From: an uncultured Chloroflexia bacterium
Lineage (GTDB): Bacteria > Chloroflexota > Limnocylindria > Limnocylindrales > CSP1-4
NCBI GenBank assembly: GCA_963746845.1
Contig: CAVVCZ010000004.1
Location: forward strand, 416,001-480,000
Length of the DNA: 64,000 nucleotides
Direction of reading: 5' to 3'
The notes beneath the pieces were generated by a model. The model did not search any database, was not told the DNA's origin, and saw only the letters and a list, made by a program, of their open reading frames with translations. Position numbers and translations under genes: made by a program. Of the stretch, positions 1 through 10,413 are shown one piece after another; position 1 is the first letter of the stretch, and each line of letters opens with the position of its first letter.

Positions 1-21
1 TTCAGGGAGCTCGCGATCTCG

Positions 22-1332
22 GTGACCACCAGCGGCACGTCCAAGGGACCCAAGGTTCCGTACCGCTGCTCCTTCTGCGGCAAGAGCCAGGAGCAGGTGC
101 GGAAGCTCATCGCGGGCCAGGGCGTCTACATCTGCGACGAGTGCATCAACCTCTGCCAGGAGATCATCGAAGAGGAGATGCTCGAGGCGCCGAAGGCCAA
201 GCCGGCGGTCGCCAAGCTCCCGAACCCCCGCCAGATCAAGTTCGCGCTCGACCAGTACGTGATCAGCCAGGAGCGGGCCAAGAAGGTCCTCTCCGTGGCG
301 GTCTACAACCACTACAAGCGCGTGAACGCGGGTCACGCGGTCGACGAGGTGGAGCTCCAGAAGTCGAACGTCCTGCTCGTCGGGCCGACAGGCTCGGGCA
401 AGACGCTCCTCGCGCAGACGCTCGCCCGGGTCCTTGACGTCCCGTTCTGCATCGCCGACGCCACGTCGCTGACCGAGGCCGGCTACGTCGGTGAGGACGT
501 CGAGAACATCCTGCTGCGCCTGATCCAGGCGGCCGACTTCGACGTCGCCCGGGCCCAGCGCGGGATCATCTACATCGACGAGATCGACAAGATCGCCCGC
601 AAGGCCGACAACCCGTCGATCACCCGCGACGTGTCCGGCGAGGGCGTCCAGCAGGCGCTCCTGAAGATCCTCGAGGGGACCGTCGCGAACGTCCCGCCGC
701 AGGGCGGCCGGAAGCACCCCCACCAGGACTTCATCCAGATCGACACGACGAACGTGCTGTTCGTGTGCGGCGGCGCCTTCGACGGGCTCGAGAAGATCGT
801 CGAGGAGCGCGTCGGCCGGCGGTCGATCGGGTTCGGCGCCGACGCCGGCGTCGCCAAGGCGGATCGCGGCAAGATCCTCGAGCGGCTGATGCCGGAGGAC
901 CTGCTGAAGTTCGGGCTGATCCCGGAGTTCATCGGCCGGTTGCCGGTCATCGTGACGCTGACCGCGCTGACCGCGGAGGACCTCGTCCGGGTCCTGACCG
1001 AGCCGAAGAACGCGGTCACCCGCCAGTTCCAGAAGTTCCTCGGTCTGGACAAGGTGGAGCTCGTCTTCACCGAGAGCGCGCTCAAGGCCGCCGCCGACGT
1101 CGCGCTCGAGCGGAAGACCGGCGCCCGGGCGCTGCGGTCGATCGTCGAGGAGGCGCTCCTCGAGGTGATGTACGACATCCCGGAGCGCTCCGACGTCCGC
1201 AAATGCATCATCACCGAGGAGACGATCCGCGAAAGTCGGCTCCCGCTCCTCCTCACCAAGACCGAGGTCGACCGCGGCGTCGACGAGACGAACTACGAGG
1301 AGTGGCTCGCCGCCCGCGGCGAGACGGCGTAG
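22..1332 (+). CDS. clpX: ATP-dependent Clp protease ATP-binding subunit ClpX
   Basis: C4 zinc-binding domain (CSFC...CDEC), Walker [13 protein letters not shown] pore loop, IDEIDK Walker B, IGF loop; GGGAG upstream of GTG start. Confidence 0.98.
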   Translation: MTTSGTSKGPKVPYRCSFCGKSQEQVRKLIAGQGVYICDECINLCQEIIEEEMLEAPKAKPAVAKLPNPRQIKFALDQYVISQERAKKVLSVAVYNHYKRVNAGHAVDEVELQKSNVLLVGPTGSGKTLLAQTLARVLDVPFCIADATSLTEAGYVGEDVENILLRLIQAADFDVARAQRGIIYIDEIDKIARKADNPSITRDVSGEGVQQALLKILEGTVANVPPQGGRKHPHQDFIQIDTTNVLFVCGGAFDGLEKIVEERVGRRSIGFGADAGVAKADRGKILERLMPEDLLKFGLIPEFIGRLPVIVTLTALTAEDLVRVLTEPKNAVTRQFQKFLGLDKVELVFTESALKAAADVALERKTGARALRSIVEEALLEVMYDIPERSDVRKCIITEETIRESRLPLLLTKTEVDRGVDETNYEEWLAARGETA

Positions 1333-1678
1333 GGCCGCGCTCCTTCGCGGTCTTCGCCCCGCCACCGCGGCCCCGCGACCGAGGCCCGACGCCCCGCGGC
1401 CTCCCGCACGTTCGGTCCGCCGCCTCCAGTCGCAATCCGTAGGCGCCCCATTCATGGCGCGAACTCAGGCCACTGCCGAAGCCGCTCGTTGAGGCCACTT
1501 GGCGGAGGCCGCAGTCGTCGGGCGACTGGCCAGGCCGCGAAGCCGCCAGCCGCGGTTCGCTCGCTCGCGCCCCTTCGACCCGACGCGCTCACCCCATGCG
1601 CGTTGTCTGGCCAACAGAGGATCTGACCCGATCGTCGCGCCGATCCTCGGTGCCTGAACCAAGTCCCGCGCGCACCCG

Positions 1679-2506
1679 ATGCGCGCGTCGATCGATACCG
1701 GCTCGCCATCGCCACGTAAGTGGCAACGAAGCCCGGACAACGATCCTGGGGCGTGCATGGCCCGTGTCAGACGCCCGAACCTTGGTCCCGAAGCCGCACG
1801 ACGCAACCGTCAGCAACTCGCTCGCGCTGGCGCGGAGCTGCGAGACGGCCGCACCCGCCGGCAGTTGACGCAGGCGGCGGCGGGCGAGCGTGCCGGCATC
1901 GGGCGAAGCATTGTGTCGCGCATCGAGCGTGGGTTGGGCGGATCCGTCCCGATGGATGCTTGGCAGCGGCTGGGTCTCGCGGTCGGTCGACCTCTGGTGG
2001 TGACGCTGCAACGCGACATCGGCGGCGAGACGGCCGACGCGGGTCACCTGGCGATCCAGGAGCTCGTCCTTCGACGTGGACGGGCCGCCGGATACGCGAC
2101 CTCGTTCGAGCTCCCGACCCGTCCGGCGGACCCGTGGCGCTCGGCCGACGTCGGCCTCGCATCGGCAGCTCGCCGGCAGCTGGTTCACGTCGAGTGCTGG
2201 AACACGATTGGTGACATCGGAGCCGCGGTCCGGTCGAGCACCCGCAAGCGCGCCGAGCTCCACGACCTCGCGATCGCCCGGTGGGGCACGGCCGCGACCA
2301 CCGGCCTCGTCTGGGTCGTCCGCGCGACAAGCCGGAACCGCGCCCTCGTGGCCCGCTATCCCGAGGTGTTCGCCCGCGCGTTCGGCGGTTCGTCCCGGCT
2401 CTGGCTCGACGCCCTGACGACCGGCAGCCGACCGCCGACGGACCCCGGCCTGGTGTGGTGCGACGTCGGTGCGACCCGCCTCAGCGCCTGGCGCCGCACC
2501 GGCTAG
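1679..2506 (+). CDS. XRE-family HTH protein with C-terminal restriction-endonuclease-like (PD-(D/E)XK-like) domain; true start may be ATG 1757
   Basis: LTQAAAGERAGIGRSIVSRIERG is an XRE HTH; C-terminal SADV...HVECWN...STRK resembles a degenerate PD-(D/E)XK core. Confidence 0.65.
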   Translation: MRASIDTGSPSPRKWQRSPDNDPGACMARVRRPNLGPEAARRNRQQLARAGAELRDGRTRRQLTQAAAGERAGIGRSIVSRIERGLGGSVPMDAWQRLGLAVGRPLVVTLQRDIGGETADAGHLAIQELVLRRGRAAGYATSFELPTRPADPWRSADVGLASAARRQLVHVECWNTIGDIGAAVRSSTRKRAELHDLAIARWGTAATTGLVWVVRATSRNRALVARYPEVFARAFGGSSRLWLDALTTGSRPPTDPGLVWCDVGATRLSAWRRTG

Positions 2507-2515
2507 GCTCGCGCG

Positions 2516-3088
2516 GTGAACCACGACGACCACGTCCGCCTGATCCGCGCCGGCGTCGAGGGCGCCGGTCCGCGCTGGCTCGAGCTCGGGGCGGGGGAGG
2601 GTGCTTTCACGCTCGCCCTCGCGGACCTGCTCGGCCCGAACGGGGCCATCACCGCCGTCGACCGGGACGGGGCCGCCCTCGAACGGCTGCGCGTGACGAT
2701 GAGCCGCCGTTTCCCGGCGACGACGCTGGACACCACGGTGATCGACTTCGGCCGCGCCCTCCCCGACGGCCCATTCGACGGCATCCTCGCCGCGAACTCA
2801 CTCCACTTCGTGACGGACCCGGCTGCCGTCCTCGGGCGGGCGGTCAGCGCGCTCGGGCCGGGCGGCCGGGTGATCGTCGTCGAGTACGACGCGGATCGCG
2901 GCAACCCCTGGGTCCCGCACCCGTTCTCCGCCCGTCGCTTCCCGGAGATCGCCGCTGCGGCCGGGCTGACCGAAGCGCGCGAGATCGGCCGCGTCCCCAG
3001 CCGGTTCCTGGGCGCGATCTACGCTGCCACGGCACGCCCGGACGGCCTGCTACACTCCCGGCCTCACGGTGAGGACCGAGACGAGTAG
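2516..3088 (+). CDS. Class I SAM-dependent methyltransferase
   Basis: Motif I WLELGAGEG, AVD, FDGILAANSLHF, LGPGGRVIVVE. Confidence 0.88.
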   Translation: MNHDDHVRLIRAGVEGAGPRWLELGAGEGAFTLALADLLGPNGAITAVDRDGAALERLRVTMSRRFPATTLDTTVIDFGRALPDGPFDGILAANSLHFVTDPAAVLGRAVSALGPGGRVIVVEYDADRGNPWVPHPFSARRFPEIAAAAGLTEAREIGRVPSRFLGAIYAATARPDGLLHSRPHGEDRDE

Positions 3089-3300
3089 GCCCGGAACGGC
3101 CACGAAGCGAGCGCGGGATGGTGCGAGCCGCGCGGGTGCGCCGGGACCGAAGTCGCTCGCGAGCCGTGCGGCTGGCGCCCGATAGCGCGCCACGAGGCCA
3201 CCCGGACCCGGCGCCCGCGATGAGCGGACCGCCCCGGGCTGGCGAACCAGCAGGTGGTACCACGACCCCGTTCGTCCGCTGGACGAGCGGGGCGTTTCGA
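3063..3300 (+). ncRNA. T-box riboswitch (Val specifier) in the valS leader
   Basis: AGTA at 3084, GGTGCGAG terminal-loop motif near 3120, GAA-GTC specifier at 3149-3154, T-box AGGTGGTACCACG at 3252-3264, terminator-like hairpin 3266-3292 followed by CGTTTC; extended -10 TGCTACACT at 3048. Confidence 0.9.
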
Positions 3301-3316
3301 TTCCGAGGCCCGACCC

Positions 3317-6064
3317 ATGACCGAGACCGCAGGCGACCGACCGACGACGACCGACCTTCCGAAGGCCTACCAGCCCGGCGAGGTCGAGGGCGCCGTCTAC
3401 GAGCGCTGGCTGGCGGCCGACGTCTTCGCGCCCGACGGACCTGGCTCCACGGCCGACCCCGCCGCCGAGACGTTCACGATCATCCAGCCGCCGCCGAACA
3501 TCACCGGCTCGCTCCACCTCGGCCACGCCCAGCGCGCCACCGTCGAGGACCTGATGATCCGGCACGCCCGGATGACCGGCCGGCCGACTCTTTTCCTGCC
3601 GGGGCTCGACCACGCGTCGATCGCCGCCCAGTTCGTCCTCGACGGGATCCTCGCCCGGGAGGGCGAGAGCCGCCAGAGCCTCGGCCGTGAGCGTTACCTC
3701 GAGCGGATGGGGGAGTTCGTGGCCGCGACGCGGGCGACCATCCTCGACCAGGAGCGCCGTCTCGGCGCGTCCTACGACTGGAGCCGGCTCCGGTACACGA
3801 TGGACGACGGCTCCGCCAAGGCGGTCCGAGTCGCGTTCAAGACGCTGTTCGATCGCGGGTTCGCGTACCGGACCGAGGCCCTCGTCAACTGGTGCCCCGG
3901 GTGCCGGACGAGCGTGAGCGATCTCGAGGTGATCTCGACCCCGGAGACCGGCACGCTCTGGTCGATCCGCTACCACCTGCTCGACGAGGCCACCGGCGAG
4001 CCCGACCCGGATCGGACGATCACGGTCGCGACGACCCGGCCCGAGACGATCCTCGGCGATACCGCGGTCGCCGTCCATCCGGACGACGACCGCTACGCGG
4101 ACGTCGTCGGTCGCCGTGTACGGATTCCCTTCGTCGAGCGCGACGTCCCGATCATCGCCGACGAGGTCGTCGACCGCGCCTTCGGGACCGGCGCCCTGAA
4201 GATCACCCCGGCCCATGACCACGACGACCACGAGACCGGAGTCCGCCACGGCCTGCCGATGCCGACGGTCCTCGACGATGCGGCCGCGGTCGTCGACACC
4301 GGGACGCGCTATGACGGGATGGACCGGTACGCGGCACGGACGGCGATCCTCGCGGATCTCGCGGCCCGTGGCGACCTCGCCGGTGAGAGGCCACACGAGA
4401 TGGTGATCGGCCGCTGCCAGCGCTCCGACGACGTCATCGAGCCACGCCTCAAGACCCAGTGGTTCATCCGGACGAGGCCCCTCGCGGCCGCCGCCCTCGA
4501 GGCGACACGGAGCGGCCGGACGCGGATCGTGCCGCCCGTCTTCGAGAAGACGTGGGTGCACTGGATGACGACGATCCGCGACTGGAACGTCTCGCGTCAG
4601 CTCTGGTGGGGCCACCGGATCCCCGCCTGGTACTGCCCGGACGGTCACGTCACGGTCAGCGCGGAGGAGGGTGGGCCCACCGCCTGCGAGACCTGCGGCC
4701 GGCCCGCGGCGGACCTCCGCCAGGACCCGGATATCTTCGACACGTGGTTCAGCTCGGGGCTGTGGCCGTTCTCGACCCTCGGCTGGCCCGACGACACGCC
4801 CGACTACCGACGGTTCTACCCGACGTCGGTGATGGAGACCGGCTACGACATCATCTTCTTCTGGGTCGCCCGGATGATGATGCTCGGGATCGAGCTGACC
4901 GGCGACGCGCCCTTCCACACGATCGCGCTGTCCGGGCTGATCCGGGATCCGCTCGGCAAGAAGATGTCGAAGACGACGGGCAACGTGGTCGACCCGCTCG
5001 CGGTCATGGCCGAGTCCGGCGCCGACGCTCTCCGGTTCGCCCTGATCCACGGCGCCACCCCGGGGCAGGACCAGCGATTCGGGTCGCAGAAGCTGGAGCT
5101 CGCCCGGAACTTCGCGAACAAGCTCTGGAACGCCGCGCGCTTCGTGCTCGGCGCGCGCCCGGCATCCCTTGCCCCGGACGCCGGGCGGCCCGCGGCCCTC
5201 GACGACGCCCTCCTCGGGCCGACCGAGCGCTGGATCCGCTCTCGTGCGGCGGCGGCGACGGCGGCGGTCGACCGCGGGATCGCGGAGTACCAGTTCGCCG
5301 AGGTCACCCGCGCGCTCCACGACGGCATCTGGTCCGAGTTCTGCGACTGGGGCATTGAGCTTGCCAAGGTCCACCTCGCAGACGACTCCCTGTCCGACGA
5401 CGAGCGCGCCGCCACGTGGTGGACCCTCGTCGACGCGCTCGATACCTATCTGCGGCTCCTCCACCCGGTCATGCCGTTCGTGACCGAGGCGATCTGGGGC
5501 TCGCTTCCGCACCGTGCCGGCGACCCCGAGCTGCTGATGGTCGCCCGCTGGCCGTCGCCAGGTGACGGGGCGGACGCGGCCGTCGATGCCCGCTTCACCC
5601 AGATCGTCGACACGATCGTCGCGATCCGCAACGCGCGGGCCACGGCCGAGGCGCCCGCGGCCGGGTGGCTGGAGACGCATCTTGCCCTGCCCACGGATGC
5701 GTTCGACGGGTTCGAGGCGATCGCGCCGGCGATCGCCCGGCTGTCGAGGGCCCGACCGCTGGTGCTCCATCGCGACGCAACCGAGCTGCCCCGACCGGGC
5801 GGGGCGCTCGAGATCGTCCTCCCATCGGGCGACATCGAGGCGACGGTGATCCTGGCCGCGGCCGGCGATGGCGTCGCGGTCGACCGGGCGCGGCTCGAGA
5901 AGGAGCTTGGCGAAGCGGAAGGCCACCTGACCGCGGCGCTGGCGCGGCTCGCGAACCCCGCGTTCACCGAACGGGCGCCCACCGCGGTCGTCGACGGCGC
6001 GCGGACTCGGGCGGCCGAGCTGTCCGAGCAGGTCGAGCGACTGCGAGCGCGCCTGGGTCGCTAG
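3317..6064 (+). CDS. valS: Valine--tRNA ligase
   Basis: PPPNITGSLHLGHA, TTRPET, GTGALKITPAHD, DWNVSRQLWWGH, KMSKT, C-terminal coiled coil; start placed at the ATG after the T-box. Confidence 0.98.
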   Translation: MTETAGDRPTTTDLPKAYQPGEVEGAVYERWLAADVFAPDGPGSTADPAAETFTIIQPPPNITGSLHLGHAQRATVEDLMIRHARMTGRPTLFLPGLDHASIAAQFVLDGILAREGESRQSLGRERYLERMGEFVAATRATILDQERRLGASYDWSRLRYTMDDGSAKAVRVAFKTLFDRGFAYRTEALVNWCPGCRTSVSDLEVISTPETGTLWSIRYHLLDEATGEPDPDRTITVATTRPETILGDTAVAVHPDDDRYADVVGRRVRIPFVERDVPIIADEVVDRAFGTGALKITPAHDHDDHETGVRHGLPMPTVLDDAAAVVDTGTRYDGMDRYAARTAILADLAARGDLAGERPHEMVIGRCQRSDDVIEPRLKTQWFIRTRPLAAAALEATRSGRTRIVPPVFEKTWVHWMTTIRDWNVSRQLWWGHRIPAWYCPDGHVTVSAEEGGPTACETCGRPAADLRQDPDIFDTWFSSGLWPFSTLGWPDDTPDYRRFYPTSVMETGYDIIFFWVARMMMLGIELTGDAPFHTIALSGLIRDPLGKKMSKTTGNVVDPLAVMAESGADALRFALIHGATPGQDQRFGSQKLELARNFANKLWNAARFVLGARPASLAPDAGRPAALDDALLGPTERWIRSRAAAATAAVDRGIAEYQFAEVTRALHDGIWSEFCDWGIELAKVHLADDSLSDDERAATWWTLVDALDTYLRLLHPVMPFVTEAIWGSLPHRAGDPELLMVARWPSPGDGADAAVDARFTQIVDTIVAIRNARATAEAPAAGWLETHLALPTDAFDGFEAIAPAIARLSRARPLVLHRDATELPRPGGALEIVLPSGDIEATVILAAAGDGVAVDRARLEKELGEAEGHLTAALARLANPAFTERAPTAVVDGARTRAAELSEQVERLRARLGR

Positions 6065-6921
6065 TGCCGGCCGACGTCCGCGACCACCGGCCAGTGGTCG
6101 GACCGGTCGCCGGCCTCGGTCGCGACCCGGCACGCGACGACCTCGAGGCCGCGGACGAAGACGTGGTCGATCGCGGCCGGCCCGGACGACGACCGGCGAG
6201 GGTCGCCCGGGCGGACGCCGACGATCGCGAACGCATCGTGGAGTGCGGCCGTCAGGGCCCGGGTCTCGTCCGCCTCGACCGGCGCGTTGAGGTCGCCCGT
6301 CACGACCAGCGGTCGGTCGCCCTCGGCGGCGATCGATGCCAGCGCCTCGACCTGCCGCCGGCGCTGCTCGCGCCCGATGTAGGTCAGGTGCGTCGTGAGG
6401 ATCGCGACGCCGTCGACGACCACGCCCACGACGCAGCGCCCCTCGCGGTGGCCGGGCTCCACATCGCCGTACCGCGCGCCCGCCAGCGGGTGATCGGCGC
6501 CGGGGGGCTCGACCAGGTCGTCATCGGCCGCCCGGGGGAGGTCGCGCGTGAACGCCCCGGCGAGCGGCCCGCGGGTCAGGATCGCGTTGCCCCACATCGC
6601 CGCGCCGACCGCCCGACCCGTATGGGGCTCGACCAGGGGGAACGCGTGGACGGCCCCGTAGTGGACCCGCATCCCGGTGAGCCGGGCCAGCTCTGCCGGC
6701 TGGTCGACGACCACGCCGTCGGCGGTCAGGATCGCGACCTCCTGGAGGGTCACGATATCGGCCGCGAGCCCGCCGATGAACGCGGCGATGGACGCCAGCC
6801 GCTCGGCGCGGATGTGGCGCCACCAGGCCGGCGGGAACGGCTCGCCGGGGCCGATCGCGGCCCGGATGTTCCAGCTGACGACCCGGAGGCCGTCGGACCC
6901 GGCGGCCGGGCCCGACGCCAC
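6061..6921 (-). CDS. Endonuclease/exonuclease/phosphatase (EEP) family protein
   Basis: SWNI, LQEV, THL, GDLNA, IDHVF and SDHWPV motifs. Confidence 0.9.
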   Translation of the reverse strand: MASGPAAGSDGLRVVSWNIRAAIGPGEPFPPAWWRHIRAERLASIAAFIGGLAADIVTLQEVAILTADGVVVDQPAELARLTGMRVHYGAVHAFPLVEPHTGRAVGAAMWGNAILTRGPLAGAFTRDLPRAADDDLVEPPGADHPLAGARYGDVEPGHREGRCVVGVVVDGVAILTTHLTYIGREQRRRQVEALASIAAEGDRPLVVTGDLNAPVEADETRALTAALHDAFAIVGVRPGDPRRSSSGPAAIDHVFVRGLEVVACRVATEAGDRSDHWPVVADVGRH

Positions 6922-6936
6922 GACGGGTTCCCGCAG

Positions 6937-7827
6937 CTACTTGACGGAGCCTGCCAGCAGGCCCTGGACGAAGTAGCGCTGGAGGCTGAAGAACACGAGC
7001 AGCGGCACGGCCATCAGCAGGAACGCCGATGCCGCGAGCAGGTGCCACTCGGTGCCGTACGTGCCGAGGAGCGTGGTGACCTGGATCGTCATCGGGTAGT
7101 TCTCGTTCTTGCCGACGAAGATCAGGGCCATCAACAGGTCGTTCCAGACCCACAGGAACTGGAAGATCCCGTAGGCCGCGAGGGCCGGCACCGACAGCGG
7201 GATGACGATCGTCCGGAAGACGCCGAACACCGACGAGCCGTCGATCCGGGCGGCCTCGATCAGGTCCTTGGGCAGGGTGATGAAGAAGTTCCGCAACAGG
7301 AAGATGCCGAACGGCAGGGCGAACGCGGTGTGGGCGAGCCAGATCCCGACGAAGCCCTGGGTCAGCCCGAACGGGCGGAACAGCTGGAGGACCGGCAGGA
7401 ACGCGACCTGGACCGGGACCATCATCAACGCGATGATGATCAGGAAGATCGTGTCCCGGAACGGGAACCGCAGCCACGAGAACGCGTAGGCCGCCAGCGA
7501 GCAGACGACGAGTGGCAGGATCGTCGAGGGGATCGCGATGATCAGGCTGTTGATGAACGCCTGGCCCATCCCCTGGGCGTTGAGGACCTGTTGGTAGTTC
7601 TCCGTCGTCAGCTGGAAGCTGCCGAGCGTCGTCCACCAGCCGGATGACTGGATCTCGGTCCGCGGCCGGAACGACGTCACGAGCAGGCCGATCGTCGGGA
7701 CCAGCCAGATGATCGCGATCAGCCCGAGCGCGAGATGGATCGGCAGGCGGTTGAGCGCGTGAAGGATCCGGGCGCTCGTCGTCTGGGCCGGGGCGACAAC
7801 GCTCTCGGTTGCAGCGGTCGTGCTCAT
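6937..7827 (-). CDS. Carbohydrate ABC transporter permease (MalG/AglG-like)
   Basis: Hydrophobic helices, EAA motif LIEAARIDG, QRYFVQGLLAGSVK C-terminus. Confidence 0.95.
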   Translation of the reverse strand: MSTTAATESVVAPAQTTSARILHALNRLPIHLALGLIAIIWLVPTIGLLVTSFRPRTEIQSSGWWTTLGSFQLTTENYQQVLNAQGMGQAFINSLIIAIPSTILPLVVCSLAAYAFSWLRFPFRDTIFLIIIALMMVPVQVAFLPVLQLFRPFGLTQGFVGIWLAHTAFALPFGIFLLRNFFITLPKDLIEAARIDGSSVFGVFRTIVIPLSVPALAAYGIFQFLWVWNDLLMALIFVGKNENYPMTIQVTTLLGTYGTEWHLLAASAFLLMAVPLLVFFSLQRYFVQGLLAGSVK

Positions 7828-7828
7828 G

Positions 7829-8752
7829 TCAGACCACCGATCCGCTGCGGAAGCGACGGACGTTGAAGATCATCACGGGGATCAGGAGGACCAGCATCAC
7901 GACGGCCACCGCGGCCGCCTTGCCGAACTGGCCCGACGAGAAGTCCTGCTTGTAGAACTCGAAGGCGATCACCCGGCTCGCGTTGCCCGGGCCGCCGCCC
8001 GTCATCACGTACGGGATGTCGAACAGCTTGACGACGTTCACGATCAGCGTGACGGCGAGGACCGAGATCGGCAGGCTGACCATCGGCAGGATGATCCGCC
8101 AGAAGATCTGGAACTCGTTCGCGCCGTCGGTTCTCGCGGCCTCGAGGATCTCCGGAGAGATCCCCTTCAGGGCGGCCGACAGGATGACGGTCGCGAAGCC
8201 CACCGACCCCCAGATGCCGACCGCGATCAGCGACGCGTTCACGAACGCCGGGTCGCCGAGCCAGGACACGGGACCGACCCCGAAGATGCCGAGGAGGGCG
8301 TTCAGGAACCCGACGTTCGGGTCGAGCTGGTACATGAACGTCCAGATGACGCCGAGGGCCGTCGCGGCGATGGCCATGGGCAGGAAGACGATCGCCTTGA
8401 TGATCGATTCGTAGCTCACGCGCATCGCGACCACCGCGATGACGAGGCCGAAGAAGATGACGAACCCCGTGTAGAAGATCAGCCAGAGGACGTTGTTGAC
8501 GATCGACTGGACGAAGGACGGGGTCTGGAAGAGCGTGATGTAGTTGTCGAGCCCCACGAACCGCGTGAAGTTCCCGCCGAGTCCGCGGTCGAAGCTCATC
8601 CGGATGGTCGAGATGACCGGGTAGACGAGGAAGACCAGCAGGAGGACGAGGGCGGGCGCGAGGAACGCCAGGGCGGTGAAGCCGCCCGGGACGCCTCGCC
8701 TCGGCTTGCCCATGGTCGCGGTGGCCGGAAGTTGTTGCGGAACGGTCGCCAC
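7829..8752 (-). CDS. Carbohydrate ABC transporter permease (MalF/AglF-like)
   Basis: FVGLDNY, EAA motif ILEAARTDGA; GTG start at 8752 preceded by GGAGG. Confidence 0.93.
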   Translation of the reverse strand: MATVPQQLPATATMGKPRRGVPGGFTALAFLAPALVLLLVFLVYPVISTIRMSFDRGLGGNFTRFVGLDNYITLFQTPSFVQSIVNNVLWLIFYTGFVIFFGLVIAVVAMRVSYESIIKAIVFLPMAIAATALGVIWTFMYQLDPNVGFLNALLGIFGVGPVSWLGDPAFVNASLIAVGIWGSVGFATVILSAALKGISPEILEAARTDGANEFQIFWRIILPMVSLPISVLAVTLIVNVVKLFDIPYVMTGGGPGNASRVIAFEFYKQDFSSGQFGKAAAVAVVMLVLLIPVMIFNVRRFRSGSVV

Positions 8753-8765
8753 TTCGTCCTCCAGC

Positions 8766-8804
8766 GAAAGAAAGGCGCGAACGGGCTGAGCCCGTTCGCG
8801 CCTT
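8766..8804 (-). terminator. Intercistronic hairpin (terminator or mRNA stabiliser) after the binding-protein gene
   Basis: 16-bp perfect inverted repeat AAGGCGCGAACGGGCT / AGCCCGTTCGCGCCTT; followed by TCTTTC on the minus strand. Confidence 0.7.
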
Positions 8805-8825
8805 CGGATGCCTAGTGGCTCGAGA

Positions 8826-10187
8826 TCACTTCTCGCTGTCCCAGGCGCCCTTGACTCCGGTCTGGAACGTGCCCAGGAGCCCAGCAGCGTCCTTGCCCTG
8901 GATGACGTCCTGGAGCATCGCGCCCATGTCGGGAGCGCCGGCCGGCAGCGTGTCGGAGCCGTCATAGACGACTGCCGATGCGCCCGCGACCTGAGCGGCT
9001 TCCTTCTTGGCGAGATCGTTCGGGTAGTTCTCGGCCCCGACCGCCTTGACCGGCGAGATGATCGCACCGGTCTTGGCCCACGTGGAGCCGGCGTCAGCGG
9101 TCGTCATGAACGTGATGAACTCCTTGACGCCGGGGTTGGTCGTCAGCGCCGCGATCTCGTCGCCGCCGATCTCCGCCGCGGTGTCACCGGCGCCACCGAA
9201 GGTCGGGAAGTCGAACCAGTCGATGGTCTTGCCGATCTCCAGCGCCTTGTTGGTCTGGCCCGTGGCGATCCCGCCGACGAAGCCGCCCTCGTAGTAGAGC
9301 GCCGCCGTCGGGTTGGTCCCGAAGGCCTGCGCGATCCCGTCCGTGAAGGCGACGCCGAGGGCGCCAGTGATCCCACCCGGGACGTTGGCGTTCGTGATGA
9401 CTTCCTTCATCGTGTCGAGCGCCTTCGTGACGGTCGGGTCGGTCCAGTTGCCGTCCGGGCTGAAGAGCTTCTTGTACGCGTCCGGGCCGTTCTGGCGGAG
9501 GTAGACCTCCTCGAACCAGTCGGTCAGCGTCCACGAGTCCTTCGCGCCGAGCGCGAGCGGGGTCTTCGTGCCCTTGCCCTGGAGCGTCGTGATCAGGGCC
9601 TTCAGGTCGTCCCAGCTCTTCGGCGCGGTCGCTCCGGCCGCGGTCAGCGTGTCCGGCCGATACCAGAACGTACTCTTGCTGTTGAACTTGACCATGATCC
9701 CGTAGAGCTCACCGTCGACCTTGCCCGGATCAAGGATGCCGGGCGGGTAGTTCGCCTCGAGGCTCGCGGGATCGATCCCGAGGTCGCTGATCTTCTTGAT
9801 GCCACCCGAGCGGGCGAACTGGCGCAGGAACCCGAGGCCCGGCATGATCGCCACGTCGGGCGGGCTGCCGCTCGTGATCTTGCTCTGGAGGACCGTCGCG
9901 TAGTCGGTCCGCTGTGCCTGGTAGGTGGCCGTGTTGCCGGTCGCCTTGTTGAACTCGTCGAGGACCTTCTGGAACGATTCCTGCTCGCTGCCACCCCACA
10001 GAGAGGTGACGGTGATCGTCGCCCCGGTCACGGCGGACCCGGCGGGGGCCGACGAGGTACCCGGAGCGGACGACGCGCCACCTGGCGCGCTGGATCCGGC
10101 CGGCGACGGCGTGGCACTGCTGCCGCACGCCGAGACGATCATGACGGCCGCGATCGGCAACGCCACGAATCGCGAGAACTTGGCCAT
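8826..10187 (-). CDS. Sugar ABC transporter substrate-binding lipoprotein (AglE-like)
   Basis: Lipobox IVSAC, Ser/Ala/Pro linker, SBP_bac_1-like PPDVAIMP and PKSWDDL; GGAGGAGG RBS. Confidence 0.93.
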   Translation of the reverse strand: MAKFSRFVALPIAAVMIVSACGSSATPSPAGSSAPGGASSAPGTSSAPAGSAVTGATITVTSLWGGSEQESFQKVLDEFNKATGNTATYQAQRTDYATVLQSKITSGSPPDVAIMPGLGFLRQFARSGGIKKISDLGIDPASLEANYPPGILDPGKVDGELYGIMVKFNSKSTFWYRPDTLTAAGATAPKSWDDLKALITTLQGKGTKTPLALGAKDSWTLTDWFEEVYLRQNGPDAYKKLFSPDGNWTDPTVTKALDTMKEVITNANVPGGITGALGVAFTDGIAQAFGTNPTAALYYEGGFVGGIATGQTNKALEIGKTIDWFDFPTFGGAGDTAAEIGGDEIAALTTNPGVKEFITFMTTADAGSTWAKTGAIISPVKAVGAENYPNDLAKKEAAQVAGASAVVYDGSDTLPAGAPDMGAMLQDVIQGKDAAGLLGTFQTGVKGAWDSEK

Positions 10188-10413
10188 CGGCCTACTCCTC
10201 CTCCTGCCGTCGAGACGATCCATCACGTCCGGGGCCCCCATGGTCCCGGAAGGGTCGGCTCAGCGGCGGTTCCACCCGATCTCGGGTGACTGACCCGGCG
10301 ACGCCGGGAAGATGGTCGACGCCGACCGACTGGACGCTGGCGATGCCTCCGACGCGCGGTGCGCTATGCCGCGACGCCGGGGAGCGTCAGCGAGGAGCCG
10401 GGCGGGTCGCCGT

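Noticed and set aside
3050-6133. 1027-aa antisense ORF over valS, and similar giant ORFs at 10286-13642, 37542-40181 and 49986-52004
   Set aside because: Arg/Gly/Pro-rich shadow frames expected from very high GC3; no motifs, and each lies opposite a clearly recognisable gene
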